A DNA stretch of 63,049 bases, filler included, from Rhabdomonas costata (GCA_019059605.1; 51 parts of 51 records of this genome joined end to end with filler, not necessarily neighbours in it), one strand, 5' to 3'; positions 34,864 to 48,294 are shown, counted from the first letter of the whole stretch. A program made the numbers and translations. Notes: generated by a model not told the origin, from the sequence alone.

Positions 34864-37659
34864 GTCTCCTTGAAGTGTGGTGCTGCTACAGCTCCCGCTC
34901 ACATTATTTTTCACCCCTTTTCGACGTCAGTCTCCCCTCGTCCGTGCGTTTTGGGGTGACGTGAGTTTTTCCGACACATCGTGTACCGTCGCATTTCTTG
35001 AGGGGGCTTTGTTTGGTAATTTTTAACGCATACTTCAGCTGTGCAGATGCTTGCCGCTGCTGCGGAGGTTGGGCACCACTGCAGGAGGTCAAATTGCTGC
35101 CAATTCGACTATTTTTGGGCCCTATATTTTTTTGGTTTTTTTTGGTTTTATTCTCGATTATAAGGCTAGCTCCATCCAGAAACTGAGAGATTAGTCTTTA
35201 ACATTCCGAACAAAGTCTTCTTCCCTGTTTTTATGCCGCTGGTCTCAAAAATGTAGTGTACCCGGTACGTGGTTTGGTATGGGAGGCAAAATACGGTATG
35301 GAAAGGAGCTGTGCGCGGGTTTTTTTTTGGCGCGGGGATTTTTAGGAGTAATCTCCAGTCTCTCTTTCAGACTTTGAGTATCAATGTGCAAAGGCGAAGT
35401 TGCGGCCTAAAGACCAGTCTTTTGAAGGTGGCATGGTCGTGTTTCGGGTGCACGGCGTGTACCTTCAACGCCAAACATCAGCCGACACACTGACTGCCCT
35501 GATGCTCAGCCCTAAAACCCGGTGCCTGAACTACTCCGACGATAGTCTCAGTTTACGGTGGAGCCTACCATAGAAAGTGGAGGCGCCGAGAAGAGGGAGA
35601 TGAGGTGTTATGGATTTCTTGGAAGGGCAAGGGGAAATCCTGCCGAAAGCGGGTCACTTGGTGTGCCCATTTCACGTTCCCACTTCAGCCTTTTTCCTCC
35701 CTTGCTCAGCATTGCAAATTATTGCATTGCAACAGTCACTTTTCCGATCAGAGAACATAAAACACATGCTCGGACCAGGGGCGTGACTCATTACTGAGTA
35801 CGGACAAAACCCCNNNNNNNNNNNNNNNNNNNNNNNNNNNNNNNNNNNNNNNNNNNNTTAATTAATTAANNNNNNNNNNNNNNNNNNNNNNNNNNNNNNN
35901 NNNNNNNNNNNNNGTGTTGGGTGTGCTTGGGGGGGGTTGGAGCAGACAAAGTCTGCGTCAGCACCACTACTTCTTGTCTGCTTTTGAAGCGCCGCACTTG
36001 ATATTTCTGCGCTATGCATAGCACTATGCCCAAGCATAATAAGGCCGATAAACGGCCGCCCCGCTTATCCCTCAGTTTCAGTGCTTCTTGCTGCCCACTG
36101 CTCCAAAGAGGAAGCTTCAGATGACGACAGAGTACGCAGAACGTACAAAAGGGCATCGCTCACGCCCAGACAGCCGTCGAGAATACTCCAACCAACGCAG
36201 ATTGAGGTTCAGTCCACCCACACGTGGAAATTCCTTCGACGAAAACCGGGCGCGGAAGGCTACGCCAAAAAACAAACAAGCAAGGAGGACAAGCGTTCTC
36301 GGGCAGGTACAAAAGTACAAGAGGCAGTGGCCCCATGCGAAAGCATAGGCACCACCGATTTACAGGTGGGAAAACGAGGCACAACTGGGAAGCCAGCCTC
36401 AGCAGGAGTCAACCAGAGATCGGTTGTGCACCAAATTCATCACTTGTTGCCGCCGCTCGGCGGAAATCACAGGTCATCTAAGCAGGAGGAAGGTTCGGAA
36501 TGTCTTCCAGGCTGTTTCCTAGCGGCTCGTCGTGAGGTACGGGAGCGACAGAGCTGCCAGCACCCATCTCTGCGCTGCTTCCGCTGCAACACAGGAAAAG
36601 AGGAGAGTGACGACCAAGACTTAAAAGATGCGGAACTTTGTCCGCTCAATGGCTCCGAAGGGGCTAACCATAAGGCAGCCGTAAAGGCATAACGGTATAT
36701 TTGACTTCCGAGCCCTGCATTGAGCAGGTAGCAGAGAGCAGGTTCGTTGACCAGGACGAAATGAAAGGCGTCATCTGATTCTGTGATGTTCGAGAAAGGG
36801 GGACATAAACCAACTGCGCCAGGCCGCGTACGACGCGGGAGCAGGCTGCTGACCGGTGGACGCCGTCCGGGGGACCTTTACTTCATGTGCAGTGTTGTTT
36901 CCTGATTATGTTTCTTTGCGGCTTGAGGAGATTGCTGGAGAGAAAGACAACGGCTAAGACTGCAATCACCGCAAAGCTACGGGGGACCTTTACTAGTACA
37001 AAAACGAAGAAACATAATCAGGAAACAACACTGCACATGAAGTAAAGGTCCCNNNNNNNNNNNNNNNNNNNNNNNNNNNNNNNNNNNNNNNNNNNNTTAA
37101 TTAATTAANNNNNNNNNNNNNNNNNNNNNNNNNNNNNNNNNNNNNNNNNNNNTGGGGTTGGGGTCGATCCCCGCACTGTTGCGGGGGTAAAACGGGTCGG
37201 TGTCCGCGCGAGCCTTGTTGTAGGCACGGACCAGACGGCAGATGTCTGAGGTGCGGTTGTCAGGAATCCCTTCTCGCGCAGAGAAGGCCATTGCCGTGGA
37301 AGACAGCCGGAAGCCCTTTTCCACGACAACCTTCGATAATCCCATTTCGCAGCTAAAGGGAAAATGGCAAAGTCCATGCAAAAGGCAATATGCTGCCGAT
37401 TAAAAAGCAGAAAGGACGAAACGGACAAAACAGACAGGATGAAAAGCTCAAAAGACTTCAGCCAAGAATCCACAAACCGCAAAGTGAAGCATATGCCAAG
37501 TTCCTCGCAATCGCACAAGAGGAAGGATAAAGTCTTGGTTCCGTCAGACAGTCACATTGGCCAACAGATAAAAACAGAAAAAGATCCCGCCCAAGCAAGA
37601 AATTAATAATAGCAGCAGAATATTCAGCAGAAACCCTCAGTAAAAAAATTCCTCAAACC

Positions 37660-38136
37660 CCAACACGAGCTCCCTCTTCACCGTAGTCGGATGGTTACAG
37701 TCCGTGCACGCCATATGCCCGAGAATGGTCCCCAAAAAGTCCCGGTGGAACGCCAAAAGCATGCTCTGCAGGTGAAGCGGCTCCTTCCGACGCTTCTCCC
37801 CACAGTTGATGCTCGTCCCACTCAGCCTCACCGTATCGCTCAGCCTGGACAGGAATACCACAGGCCACGGGAAGGGGTAGTACGTCGGAAGGAACGGCCC
37901 CCGCACAGACTTGTTCAGCAAAATGAACCACTTCGTCGTACTCAGCGACACGTTCAGCCTCACTGGGCCCTGCAGAACTTCCTTCCACGCACAGAAGTCG
38001 AAGCCCCCGTTGCGCCGAGTGTGCCATTCAAAGTTGGGAAGGATGGCGGAGACCGCGTTCAGGCGCCGGGCCAGGGCCGGAGGGACTCCTCCGCTGACAA
38101 TCACGACGAAGTAGTACTCCGAGCTTGGGATGAGAC
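37660..38136 (-). CDS. RgpF-like (rhamnan synthesis F) putative glycosyltransferase exon
   Basis: RRNGGFDFCAW...WFILLNKSVRGPFLP...LSGTSINC...HLQS fits the R.N.G.DF.AW / N.S..GP / H.QS motifs. Confidence 0.7.
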
Positions 38137-38706
38137 CTTCGCAAGGAACGCACAAACAATGACAAAGTCTTCAATAGGAACAAAACAGAGAAACGAATTG
38201 AGACAGGTTCGGGCCGCAGCGAATTACTCGGAGGTGATCAGAAAACGGCCCGGAAGAGATTCTGGAGGCTGTGTCAAGGAGAAAACAAAAANNNNNNNNN
38301 NNNNNNNNNNNNNNNNNNNNNNNNNNNNNNNNNNNTTAATTAATTAANNNNNNNNNNNNNNNNNNNNNNNNNNNNNNNNNNNNNNNNNNNNGTTGTGGTT
38401 GCCCATTCTCGGCACTCGCATATCTCTTCCAGCCCCCTGCAGGTCCCATTTTCAGTCCAGACCGAACTCACCTCCAAAAGTTGGCCCCAGATTGACCTCT
38501 CCAAAAGGGCCTCCCAATCTAACATTTTGGCCGCCTACTGACTTTCGCCCACAAGATATCAAATCATGCCACCTTACGGACCATCTGCTCATCTCCTTGC
38601 CATTGGTGCCTGACATTGGTGGTTGTCTGTGCACGCCAGCGCAGCCATTTGGTCCGCCATTCCCCCCCCACACACATTCATCCACACTCCCCAAGCACGC
38701 AATCAC

Positions 38707-38882
38707 CCTGCCGTGCAGGCCACGCGGACGCTCAGCCCGAGCTTCTGGGTGGCCCTCCGCACCTCCAGGCCCGCGGTGACGCACTGCAGGCAGTGGTCAG
38801 AGCGCGCGGCGCGGACGTTCCAGAAGGCCAGTACCTTGTCCCCGAAAAATGGCGTCGACAGCCCCCCGTGGCCCTGCACCGC
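38707..38882 (-). CDS. Class III adenylate/guanylate cyclase-like domain exon (not in ORF track)
   Basis: AVQGHGGLSTPFFGDKVLAFWNVRAARSDHCLQCVTAGLEVRRATQKLGLSVRVACTAG: HGG....F.GD...AFWN...DH; AG and GT bounded. Confidence 0.78.
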
Positions 38883-39630
38883 CTGAGTTCACCGTCGCAG
38901 AACGATGCCACAGCCAAAATCAGAACAAGTGGACCAGACATCTCTGCTACTGAACAGTAACCACAAACCGAACCCAAAATCATACTGTCCGTGCCATCTT
39001 GAGAGTGAGAGTCGGAAAAGTGGTACCAAAAAGCGACCATTTGGACTTAGGGTTGGGTTTAGAGATCGTAAAAAAGTCGTCTTTTGTTAACTATGTCAGC
39101 ACAGTTTTTCTTGAGCTTTGGAAGCTCCTAAATTCAGGTTCCCTTTTCTGGGGTATGCCGATGTTTTTCTGATGCCCTTGTGCTATTAGCTATGGTTTAG
39201 TTTAGTTAGCAGCAGCAGCAGTACGGTCTTTTGTTTTAGCTTTTCGCTACTCACGTTTGACAAGGCGCAGGCCACATTATCAGAAAAAGAAGCGTCCAAA
39301 AATCAGCGGCTGTTGCACCACAACACTAGCAAGAACTAATTTCGCGCGGTTGTATTTGTTTCCTTTTTTTGCGGGGAGGGGAGCGTTAAAAGCTTAACAG
39401 TGTTAGGTGGTCGAAATTTTGAACGTGAAAAATCGGCATCTAGGGGGCAGTAAAACAGTAAACTTAACCGCCCTTAAACCAATCCCTCCCCCCAATCCAG
39501 TGACCCTCCTCTCCCTGGTTTCAAACAAAANNNNNNNNNNNNNNNNNNNNNNNNNNNNNNNNNNNNNNNNNNNNTTAATTAATTAANNNNNNNNNNNNNN
39601 NNNNNNNNNNNNNNNNNNNNNNNNNNNNNN

Positions 39631-40726
39631 TAGGTCGGTGAGCAGAACTGCCAGAAGGTTCATCAAGGAATGAAGAGAATCATCATGGCGGTGTGCAACG
39701 AGAATCCCAGGAGGAGGGACAGACTTCAGCAATTTGGAAGCAGGATCCTCTTTAACTAGGACAGAAGCGAGAAACAGAGCAGCATTATCTGTCCCCAGAC
39801 AATGGGTGACAACCAGGGCCAGAGGGTGAGGTCTGGCACTATCATCCACCAGGCCTAACTCATGCAAGAGATGAACGGCGAACCGGAAGGTGTGCTGGAC
39901 CAGCTCCGTGCGACATTCTTTGCCATGGCTAAACAGAGGAGACTTCAGAATGTTCGTGACGGTGGTCCGAAGTTCATTTTCCGTCAAGAATCGAGTTTGC
40001 TCATCAAGCTCCTCCATATGTAACATGGCGTTATTGACGTGGACGAGAAGCCGAAGGGTAAACACGACATTGACGGGCACGGTGCCAAGAAGGAGGGGTG
40101 GTGGCGAGGTGAGCAATCGGATAATCGTGGTCCGCGCAATACTCGAAATAATAACATATCCCTTGGATTCGTATCCCCTGCGCCCCGCACGGCCAGCAAT
40201 TTGTTCCATGAGGTGAGGGGTGAGGTGGATTCCCGCGCCGACTTGCACAACTGTCTTGCATGGCATGTGAATCCCTTGCGCAAGGGTCGGTGTGCAGAAC
40301 ACGAGGTGAAGCTTCCCAGAGCGAAAAAGATGCTCCACAGTGAGCCGGTAAAATTGGTTCAGCGAACCATGGTGAACCCCAAGGCCAAACCCCAGCCCTT
40401 GCATTTGCACAGCTGCAAAGCCCTCTTCATCGCAGAGCCCAAACTCCACGTCGAGCTCCTTCAGGTTGGCAATGGCCTCTTTGTTTTGATCGGAGGGTCT
40501 CTTGAACTGACGGTAAAATTCCACAGCCATTTTCAGATTGTTTTCCACACCTGTCAAACTAATGGAGAAAACCAGCGCAGGCAGAAGCTTGTTTCGGCGA
40601 AGCAGCTCAAGCAACTCTCCAAACTTCGATTTCTTCTGCCCTGTTTGCCAAGGGGCCGCAAACTGCAAGTCAGAGTCTCGATTTTCGCGTTTCCACCACT
40701 CCCGAAGTGCAGGAAGATCCACAGAA
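39631..40726 (-). CDS. Ski2-like DExD/H RNA helicase, DDX60-like, helicase C-terminal region
   Basis: LLPALVF, GLGVHHGSL...YR..VE.LFR.G.L..VF.T.TLA.GIHMPCKTVV, Q.AGRAGRRG, then RLLTS..P.L.G..P.....LRL typical of the DDX60 group. Confidence 0.88.
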
Positions 40727-42294
40727 CTGGAACATAGCCACTTGCCCCTGTGCTCTTCACCAACCCCCCNNNNNNNNNNNNNNNNNNNNNNNNNNNNNNN
40801 NNNNNNNNNNNNNTTAATTAATTAANNNNNNNNNNNNNNNNNNNNNNNNNNNNNNNNNNNNNNNNNNNNAATGTGGGAAAACGCTATTGCTGGTTAAACG
40901 CCATTGTGGCCTTGCTGCACAACAGGTGCGTTATTTCAACGAGCAGAGGTGGAAGGTTCTCGCGGAGAAGGGTACCATCGCTGAGAGGCCCACAAAGAGC
41001 TTTACCGCCCATTTTGAGGGCGCAGGTTGGCATCACGCGTGCCTAGTTGCAGGCTTATATCGTTACCATCATTTATTTTTGTTGCTTGCACTTTGCTGGT
41101 TTCTCAGGTGCCATTCCCAAGTGAGTGAGGTGAGTTCCCTTCCCGTGCTATATAGCTGGGGTTGTGTTTTTTCTGCACTGTACTTCGCCTCTGACTGCGG
41201 AAGACTGCCATCTAGTTTTGTATACGGGCTTGCTGGCGCGCTGTGAAAGGAGATTGCGTTGTGTTCCGGAATGCGCCCAACGAGAATATGGATAATTCTC
41301 CCACAACATATACGGGCCAGTTTGTTGTGCCACTTTTTTTTTGACACTTTGCCGTGCCGTAAAGCCTCACAAAAGTCGACTAAAGATATAGATATCGTGA
41401 AGCGCTGTGATCAAAATGGGCATTGTGCGATTTAAAGTCTCGGTGTTTGTGGTATTCTTCCCAATCGGGGCCCTAACCATGCATCCGACGCGGCAGTGGC
41501 TTATAGTGCGTATAGTTTGCCATCCAAATTGCCTTGCCTTGGGTTAAAAGGAGTTTGTGGGTCAGCCCAAAAAATACGATTACCAAGATACCGATAATAC
41601 AGATCCCGACCCCATCCAAAGACGCCACGCCCCACACATCCAATACCAGTAGCCAGCCTTGGCTTCCGAGACGTTTCCACAGAGCTGTGCGGTGATTCAT
41701 ACCTAGGCGTCCGCGGGCGACTTAAATGGATCGCAGGGCACCTCTCATGCACAGTTGTCCGGCACGTTGCATCCCACCATGCGTTCCAAGCTATTCACTT
41801 TGCCGCTTGCCATTCCTCCAGGTTTCTCCCAAGCGACTGTGGTGACAAAAGTCCACTCCAACTACAACGGTCGTAACCGTATTGTATGGCGTCGCTATGC
41901 TTCTCTGAAGGGCACCCTCTGGTAAAGCAATTGTTACCTGTGGAGTGTGTCTCGGCGTGCGGAAATACTCCCAGACCTGGCTCCTCGGATTCTTCCCTGC
42001 TCCTACATNNNNNNNNNNNNNNNNNNNNNNNNNNNNNNNNNNNNNNNNNNNNTTAATTAATTAANNNNNNNNNNNNNNNNNNNNNNNNNNNNNNNNNNNN
42101 NNNNNNNNTTGTTGTGGTGATGTGTTCTTCAACTGAGGGGGCTAGACTGAGGTTTGGGAGACACATATTTCTGTAGAGAGCGATATAACTGAACTGCTTG
42201 TCGTGTATTTTGAACTCGAACCAAAATAGCAATGTCATCCGCTGCTCAGCTCGACAAGGCTGTTGTTCATGCAATTATTTCCTGCGCGTTATAG

Positions 42295-42484
42295 GTACGC
42301 CACGGCCGCGGAGATTCGCCAGTTACCGGGTTATGGCACCGGTTTTCCTATTATTGCGGTCACTGCTGACAGTTCCGACGACAACCGACGCCGCTGCAGT
42401 TCTTGTGGGATGACTGACTTCCTCTCAAAGCCCTATACCCTTCCTGACCTCAGGGCTGTGTTAGTGCGCAATGGGCTGCTGTAA
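42295..42484 (+). CDS. Terminal exon: response-regulator receiver domain of hybrid histidine kinase type
   Basis: (G)YATAAEIRQL....FPIIAVTAD....RRRC..CGMTDFLSKPY...L..VL*. Confidence 0.9.
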
Positions 42485-44953
42485 ACTGTTGTGGTGGCGT
42501 TTGTGTTGGTTCGGCTTTTGGTGCTTTTTCGCCGGCAACATCCCCGCCTCATCCGCTGGCTCCCGCCGCGCCGTGCAACGGTGCTGACCTCCGTACGTCC
42601 CCGAAAAAAATCCTGACCCACTCGTCCTTCAAAAGGCGGGGCAACAAACAAGTTCACGCCAACAAAAGAGCCACCGAGAAAGTCACCGAAAAGACGCAGC
42701 AATGTTTATCGATTTCTCAACTCATCACCCGATAACGCCCCTCACAAAAAAAGCCAGGCCGTTCAAATACAGTCACACTATTTTGATGCCCTGACGACCG
42801 TGGTAAGGGAAACCGGTTTTCCCCCTGGCAGATTTTGGTCCAAAATCGAGAGAAAAAACCGGAGAAGTTTTTCTCAAGAGGTTTTTCTCAATGATTTTTC
42901 AAGAGTTGGACCGTCAACTTCGCAGTTGCAGTGTTTTACTACTATTTCGGGACTAAACCCTGAGTTGAATCTAGATTCAGAGGAAAGGGCAAAGGTTGAG
43001 CAGCAGCATGGATATTATTGTCCGTGCTGCTTCAACGCTAAGCTAAGAAGTCAACTTTTGGACTCAGAGAGTATGTATTGATAGTGAAAAGTCTCCCGCT
43101 AAGGCTGTGTGGTAGACTTTCTTCTTCTTCAGTCGAAGCTCCTTAGCTCAGGCTGCTCTTGGATATACCGGTCTCCCAGACGTATGGATGACCTTCGCTT
43201 GGTTATTACCACTCACTCTTGACCTGAAACCCGCCATATATTTTGGNNNNNNNNNNNNNNNNNNNNNNNNNNNNNNNNNNNNNNNNNNNNTTAATTAATT
43301 AANNNNNNNNNNNNNNNNNNNNNNNNNNNNNNNNNNNNNNNNNNNNGGTTGGTAAAGTATGCCAGTGGCAAATGACAACCACAAGTAGCACCTTTTGCGA
43401 AAGTAGAATGCAAAGGGAGGCGCATTTCTTCTAATCAGATGCGGAGACCAGCTGCACGTGGTTTTTGTTCAGGGAGGCCGAAAACATTGAGGTAAAATAA
43501 ATCTCAACCAGCTGTCAAGGAAAGTAGCCTTCCCTTTCAGCCAAATTGGTAGACGTGAGAAATTTCCCTCAACAATCATCTCATCTGAGCGCCAAGTGCT
43601 CATCCAAAGAGAGTCCCAACCCATGAGGACTTCATGTCATGCCTGGACCACCAGAGTGAAAACCAACCTGGAGCCACTCACAGGCTCTCCGTCACCACCA
43701 GCTGCGGCCAAAGGCCGAGCAGGAGGGGCAGCTAGCATCAGTACATCATCATCATTGCAGGAAGCAAGGGATGTCGTCAGATGCTCACCCAAGCCCTCAG
43801 TCATTGTGTACAAGTTACCACAGAGATACCAACAAATACCTTCGGTGGGGAAATGGTGAGAGAGAGACGAAAGAGCATTCTTCGTCAGCGATCATCACGG
43901 CATCAAAGACGGATGGGAATACTGAAGGTTTCTGTCGCACTTACCGCTTACGCATACGAAGCTGAAGACTGCGACAAGCTCTTTTCGCACGTTTGTGAAG
44001 AGCAAAGGTCTGAGTGTTCCAAAAAAAAACTAAATCTAAGAAAAGCCTGCATGATTGTCCAGATGCAGTTCCGTTGCTGGGGTGTACTTAGCTACAAGCA
44101 ATTCCCCTGCACCTTCAGACCCCCCGCTCACTCGACAAGAAGGCATCCACAAAACAGGGGCCAAGGTGCCAGAATCAAACGTTTGCAACCGGCTTTTCTT
44201 TGCACTCGGAAAAAGCGAGCACAGATCTTGCAGAGGGACCCTCGCGGGCTCTTAGAGAGCCAAACCTCGAAAATCTCTCAGTCATATACTACCGACCTCG
44301 ATCACAAATGGAGGCAAGCGGACCAAAAATCCGTATGGCCCCGGGCATGATGTGATCTTTGTAATGAAAAACACAACCACCTTTTGATACAAAACCCGCA
44401 AATGCAGTAGATTACATTGACTAAAGAGACGGAGAGAGGGAAGCTCGCTTTCTCCAGAAAGCACTGATGGGAAGGAGAACCCAANNNNNNNNNNNNNNNN
44501 NNNNNNNNNNNNNNNNNNNNNNNNNNNNTTAATTAATTAANNNNNNNNNNNNNNNNNNNNNNNNNNNNNNNNNNNNNNNNNNNNCCCGTTATTCACATTT
44601 GCGTAGCTGCTTTACTTATCGCATGCGTGGCGTTGGTCCTCACTTTTTGCGTAGCGATCGCGGGCTTGAGGGCGATTCACGGGCAAGGGCGATGCCAATA
44701 GAAGATTCGCAGGGGGTTGGTTGGCGATGCACGTGTCCCCTGAGATGCTAACAGAGCAGGCTTCATCAGGAGGCAGAGACATCAGAAATGGGAGATGATC
44801 ACCGTTTACCGAAGAGCCTGATCTGAAAGAGTGAACGCCACGCACTTGGATGCCGACTTGGATGGGACCTTGAGGACAATCTTCAAACAATCTTCGATTG
44901 ATGGTCCCCACACAACGAAACGCACCCCCTCCAACATGAGTGAACAAACCAAC

Positions 44954-45440
44954 CTCAACGGACGACATCGCCAGGTTCTGTAGCCCGCCCAGAGCCCGCT
45001 GGCCGCTTCTCCACGAGATCATCCACAGCGCCATTGCAGGGCCCACCGCAAACACACACAGCACCACCGCAAGAGCCGCGGCCAGGGGAACCCGAACCAT
45101 GCACCGCCACCCCGTGGGCTCCAAGGCTCAGCATCCCTGAGGAGTCCACACTTCTTCGGCGAGAGGAAGGGAACTCGGGCAGAAACTCTCTGTTGGGGCT
45201 GGTGACCTCCATGGAGGACACAATGCATGAGGAGCCCGCGCGAGGCAGGGGGCTGGGACTGGAGTCTGAGCAGTCCGCCACGACCACTCGCAGGGGGTTC
45301 CGGATATTTGGGCTACGGAGAGTGCTGGAGGTCGGGCGCAGGTTTACGTTCAGGCCGCGGTCCACTGAGGCGGAGGACTGCAGGGAGAGCTCCGAGGTCC
45401 GCTTGGAGGTCCGAGAAGGGGAAGGGCTCCGGGAGGCCAT
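44954..45440 (-). CDS. First exon of a membrane protein (Ser-rich N-terminus plus TM helix) with an apparent 1-nt frameshift near 45125
   Basis: The MASRSPSPSR...SSGMLS frame switches to LEPTGWRCMVRVPLAAALAVVLCVFAVGPAMALWMISW...SSVE, ending at GTTGGT. Confidence 0.45.
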
Positions 45441-45817
45441 TTTTTTAGCCAACCAAGAAACAAACAGACTTATAAAAAAAAGAAAGAGGGCAGCTAAAAA
45501 AGATGAAGAAAGCAAGGAGGGGGGGCACCGGGGACGCTAAGCCACCACATTGACCCTCATCACAAGGCAGTCATCCCAGCCCACCACAAACCACAGTGAG
45601 CAGCGCCCAGTAGCTCGCCAGGTATGGAAGCCAGCACGAGCGCATAGTGGGTGAGGGATTCGATGTGACCTTCCGGAAGTGCAGATCCGCAGCAGCACAG
45701 TGCCACGGATAAACAAANNNNNNNNNNNNNNNNNNNNNNNNNNNNNNNNNNNNNNNNNNNNTTAATTAATTAANNNNNNNNNNNNNNNNNNNNNNNNNNN
45801 NNNNNNNNNNNNNNNNN

Positions 45818-46164
45818 TGTTGGGGGGATCAAGTATGGAACATCCAGGGAGAACAGAGCAGGGGAGAGGCCGACGGCAGGAAAGGGACCCCCGAGACTCC
45901 CAGGGGCGAGACATGAAAGCCGCAGCCGAAAGAAGGTTGAAGACGAGCACGCTTGCCCCAGGAGTCCGATGCTGGCACGGGATATCATGCAAGTTCCAAC
46001 GGTGTCCCTTTGTGCACCCGAGGGAGGAGCACCTAGAACGGACCCGCGTAGAGAGCAGCAATGGAACAATGCAGGTAGCCGCTGGAAAAGAGCAGCTGCG
46101 CGACAATGGCCCGGGACCCGTGGGGCTGAAGGGATGTTACCAGATGTGGAATGTTTGGCGGTGA
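45818..46164 (+). mobile_element. Degenerate gag/ORF1-like fragment with CCCH finger; multi-copy
   Basis: CWHGISCKFQRCPFVHP followed by a frameshifted knuckle-like CY/RCG; 46053-46122 recurs with few mismatches at 62859-62928. Confidence 0.5.
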
Positions 46165-48294
46165 GCCGGTCTCCGTTCCCCATGGCACCGTTCGCTCCAA
46201 CGGCACCTCTCGCGAGCACGCGTGGCCAACAGCGCGTGCGCCCGTCAGTCCACAGTGGTCACCAACAACCAAGCAACCAGTCAACCGTCAACCAGGAAAC
46301 AGCCAGCGTGCACAACACACATAAACACAAACACCCAACCCCACCTCTCCCCAACCTCCAACCCCGCATGGGTTTGTGCGTGTGAACGGAATATGCCTTT
46401 TTTTTTTAGAGAAAGGTATATTGCCTTGCCATTCCTGTTCATTGCCACATTTGTGGGTATTTACTCCGCACCAGATCGGCAAGAAACGGGTTTATGTCTT
46501 TTGGTGCCGCTCTTTACTCCCCTCCTCCTTTTCTTCCCTTTTCAGACACACATATGCTTGCAGGCTGGGCGCCCGTGCTTGTCCCCACGGCGGCGACCCT
46601 CCGATTGACTCAGCCGACGCTTCTCCGCCCTACCAGGCACCTTCCGCCTTCACCCCCACCCTCTGCTCCCGCCTGCTCACACGCCTTTCTTTCTCCTTTC
46701 TTTCTCCTTGCAAATGACTCGGTAGTTCATATGCCCCAAACCCACTGCGGTTTCTCCCTTCCCGACTTTCTCGGTCCTTGTTTTGCCTCTCTTCATGTGA
46801 ATTTTTCCACAGTGGAAACCCTTACCGCCCTCTCAGTGGTGGGTCTTGCTCCACCACTCCCACGACGGAGGTGCTGCCCTCCACCCCCAACACTGTCTCT
46901 GTAGCCCCTGCTCCCATTGCACCTCCATCGCCGCCTCCTGCCGCCGACCCCAACACNNNNNNNNNNNNNNNNNNNNNNNNNNNNNNNNNNNNNNNNNNNN
47001 TTAATTAATTAANNNNNNNNNNNNNNNNNNNNNNNNNNNNNNNNNNNNNNNNNNNNACCGTCTGCGGAAGAACGAAAGTGTCGTTGAGAAATCGTTGTGG
47101 TGATGTTGCTGCTGTTGAGGTGAATACCTTGGTAACATTAGGATATGTCCAATTGTGACCTGTACTGAATCATTGGGGTGGTTTGTTTTTTTCCACTTCC
47201 CTGGTTCCCGAGTTTGCATACTACCGCCCTCCTGCGGGGTGGGGGTGAGCGGTTCGGTGACGTGCATGTTTGCTTACTTGCCTGCGCACAGGGTGAAGGG
47301 GGCACTTCCGCACCCGCTGCTGTCCGTGGTGGAGGTGAAGGCCCTGCGGTGTGCCGTCCTGGCCCACGTGGGGAACCCGCAGGAGTGTCCACCCCTCCTG
47401 GAAGGTCCGTGCTTGTGAATCACTGGGGCTGCGACCCACCCGCTCAACCCTTAGTTTTCCTTCGTGTATCTTTTTTTAATGGCTGAAGGAACTTATCCGC
47501 AGAATATCTTTTCGACTCTGTTGCTCTGTTTGCACTTATCGTGCACCTTTCCCTTTACCATACACTTGCACGGTCTGATGTCGGGGCGCCCATCATCACT
47601 ACTTGTCAGATCCACCCCCCACACAAAAGTAAACGGGTTCGTTTCTGTGACCGGGGTAAAAGAAAATGTTCTCTCTCATTTTGCAACCGCTACCTTGGTT
47701 TGGAACGTTTGCATTTTGGAGGGGCCGTTAAACATTTTGGGCGATGCGGTCCGCCTCTCTCGAAGCGGATTCAGATGAAGAAGCCATTTTGCCAAAATGG
47801 GGTTAGACGTACTGTGCCTTCGAAGTTTGAATTTTTTGCCAGAACATTAAAGGCTTCCCCCCTAGAAGTTCTACAGCCTCCGAGCCTGCAGTTAATGAAT
47901 TCTTTTTTTCGATTTATTTTCTGCCTTGCATGGTCCTTGGGACATCCTTCCTTTGCTCCTTGTACCCTTGGGTCTCATCTCTCTTTTGATCAGAGCACCA
48001 CGAGAGCATGCTTTCGGCGCTGATCTCCGCCGCTGCAATTGACCATGGGCTGCTGGGTCTCCCAACATCTGAGCTGGATGAGCTCTCAAAGGCGCCAGTC
48101 ACACCCCTCCCCTGTCAACACATGCAGCAGTCCAGCAGACAAGGCGCAGGCCAGGAGGGTTGTCATTTGGACTCGAAGGTGGATCCCCACCAACNNNNNN
48201 NNNNNNNNNNNNNNNNNNNNNNNNNNNNNNNNNNNNNNTTAATTAATTAANNNNNNNNNNNNNNNNNNNNNNNNNNNNNNNNNNNNNNNNNNNN

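Noticed and set aside
36081-36692. 203-aa ORF with GCFL...CQHPSLRCFRCNT as a gag zinc knuckle
   Set aside because: The CCHC spacing is incomplete; it may be a decayed element but cannot be supported.
37637-37660. Non-canonical GA splice donor after ...LGFE in the RgpF-like exon
   Set aside because: A canonical GT donor (GG|GTTTGAG) is available a few bases upstream.
45110-45140. Programmed frameshift or non-canonical intron in the membrane-protein exon
   Set aside because: No slippery site or paired intron ends are visible; a single-base amplification or assembly error, or a pseudogene, suffices.
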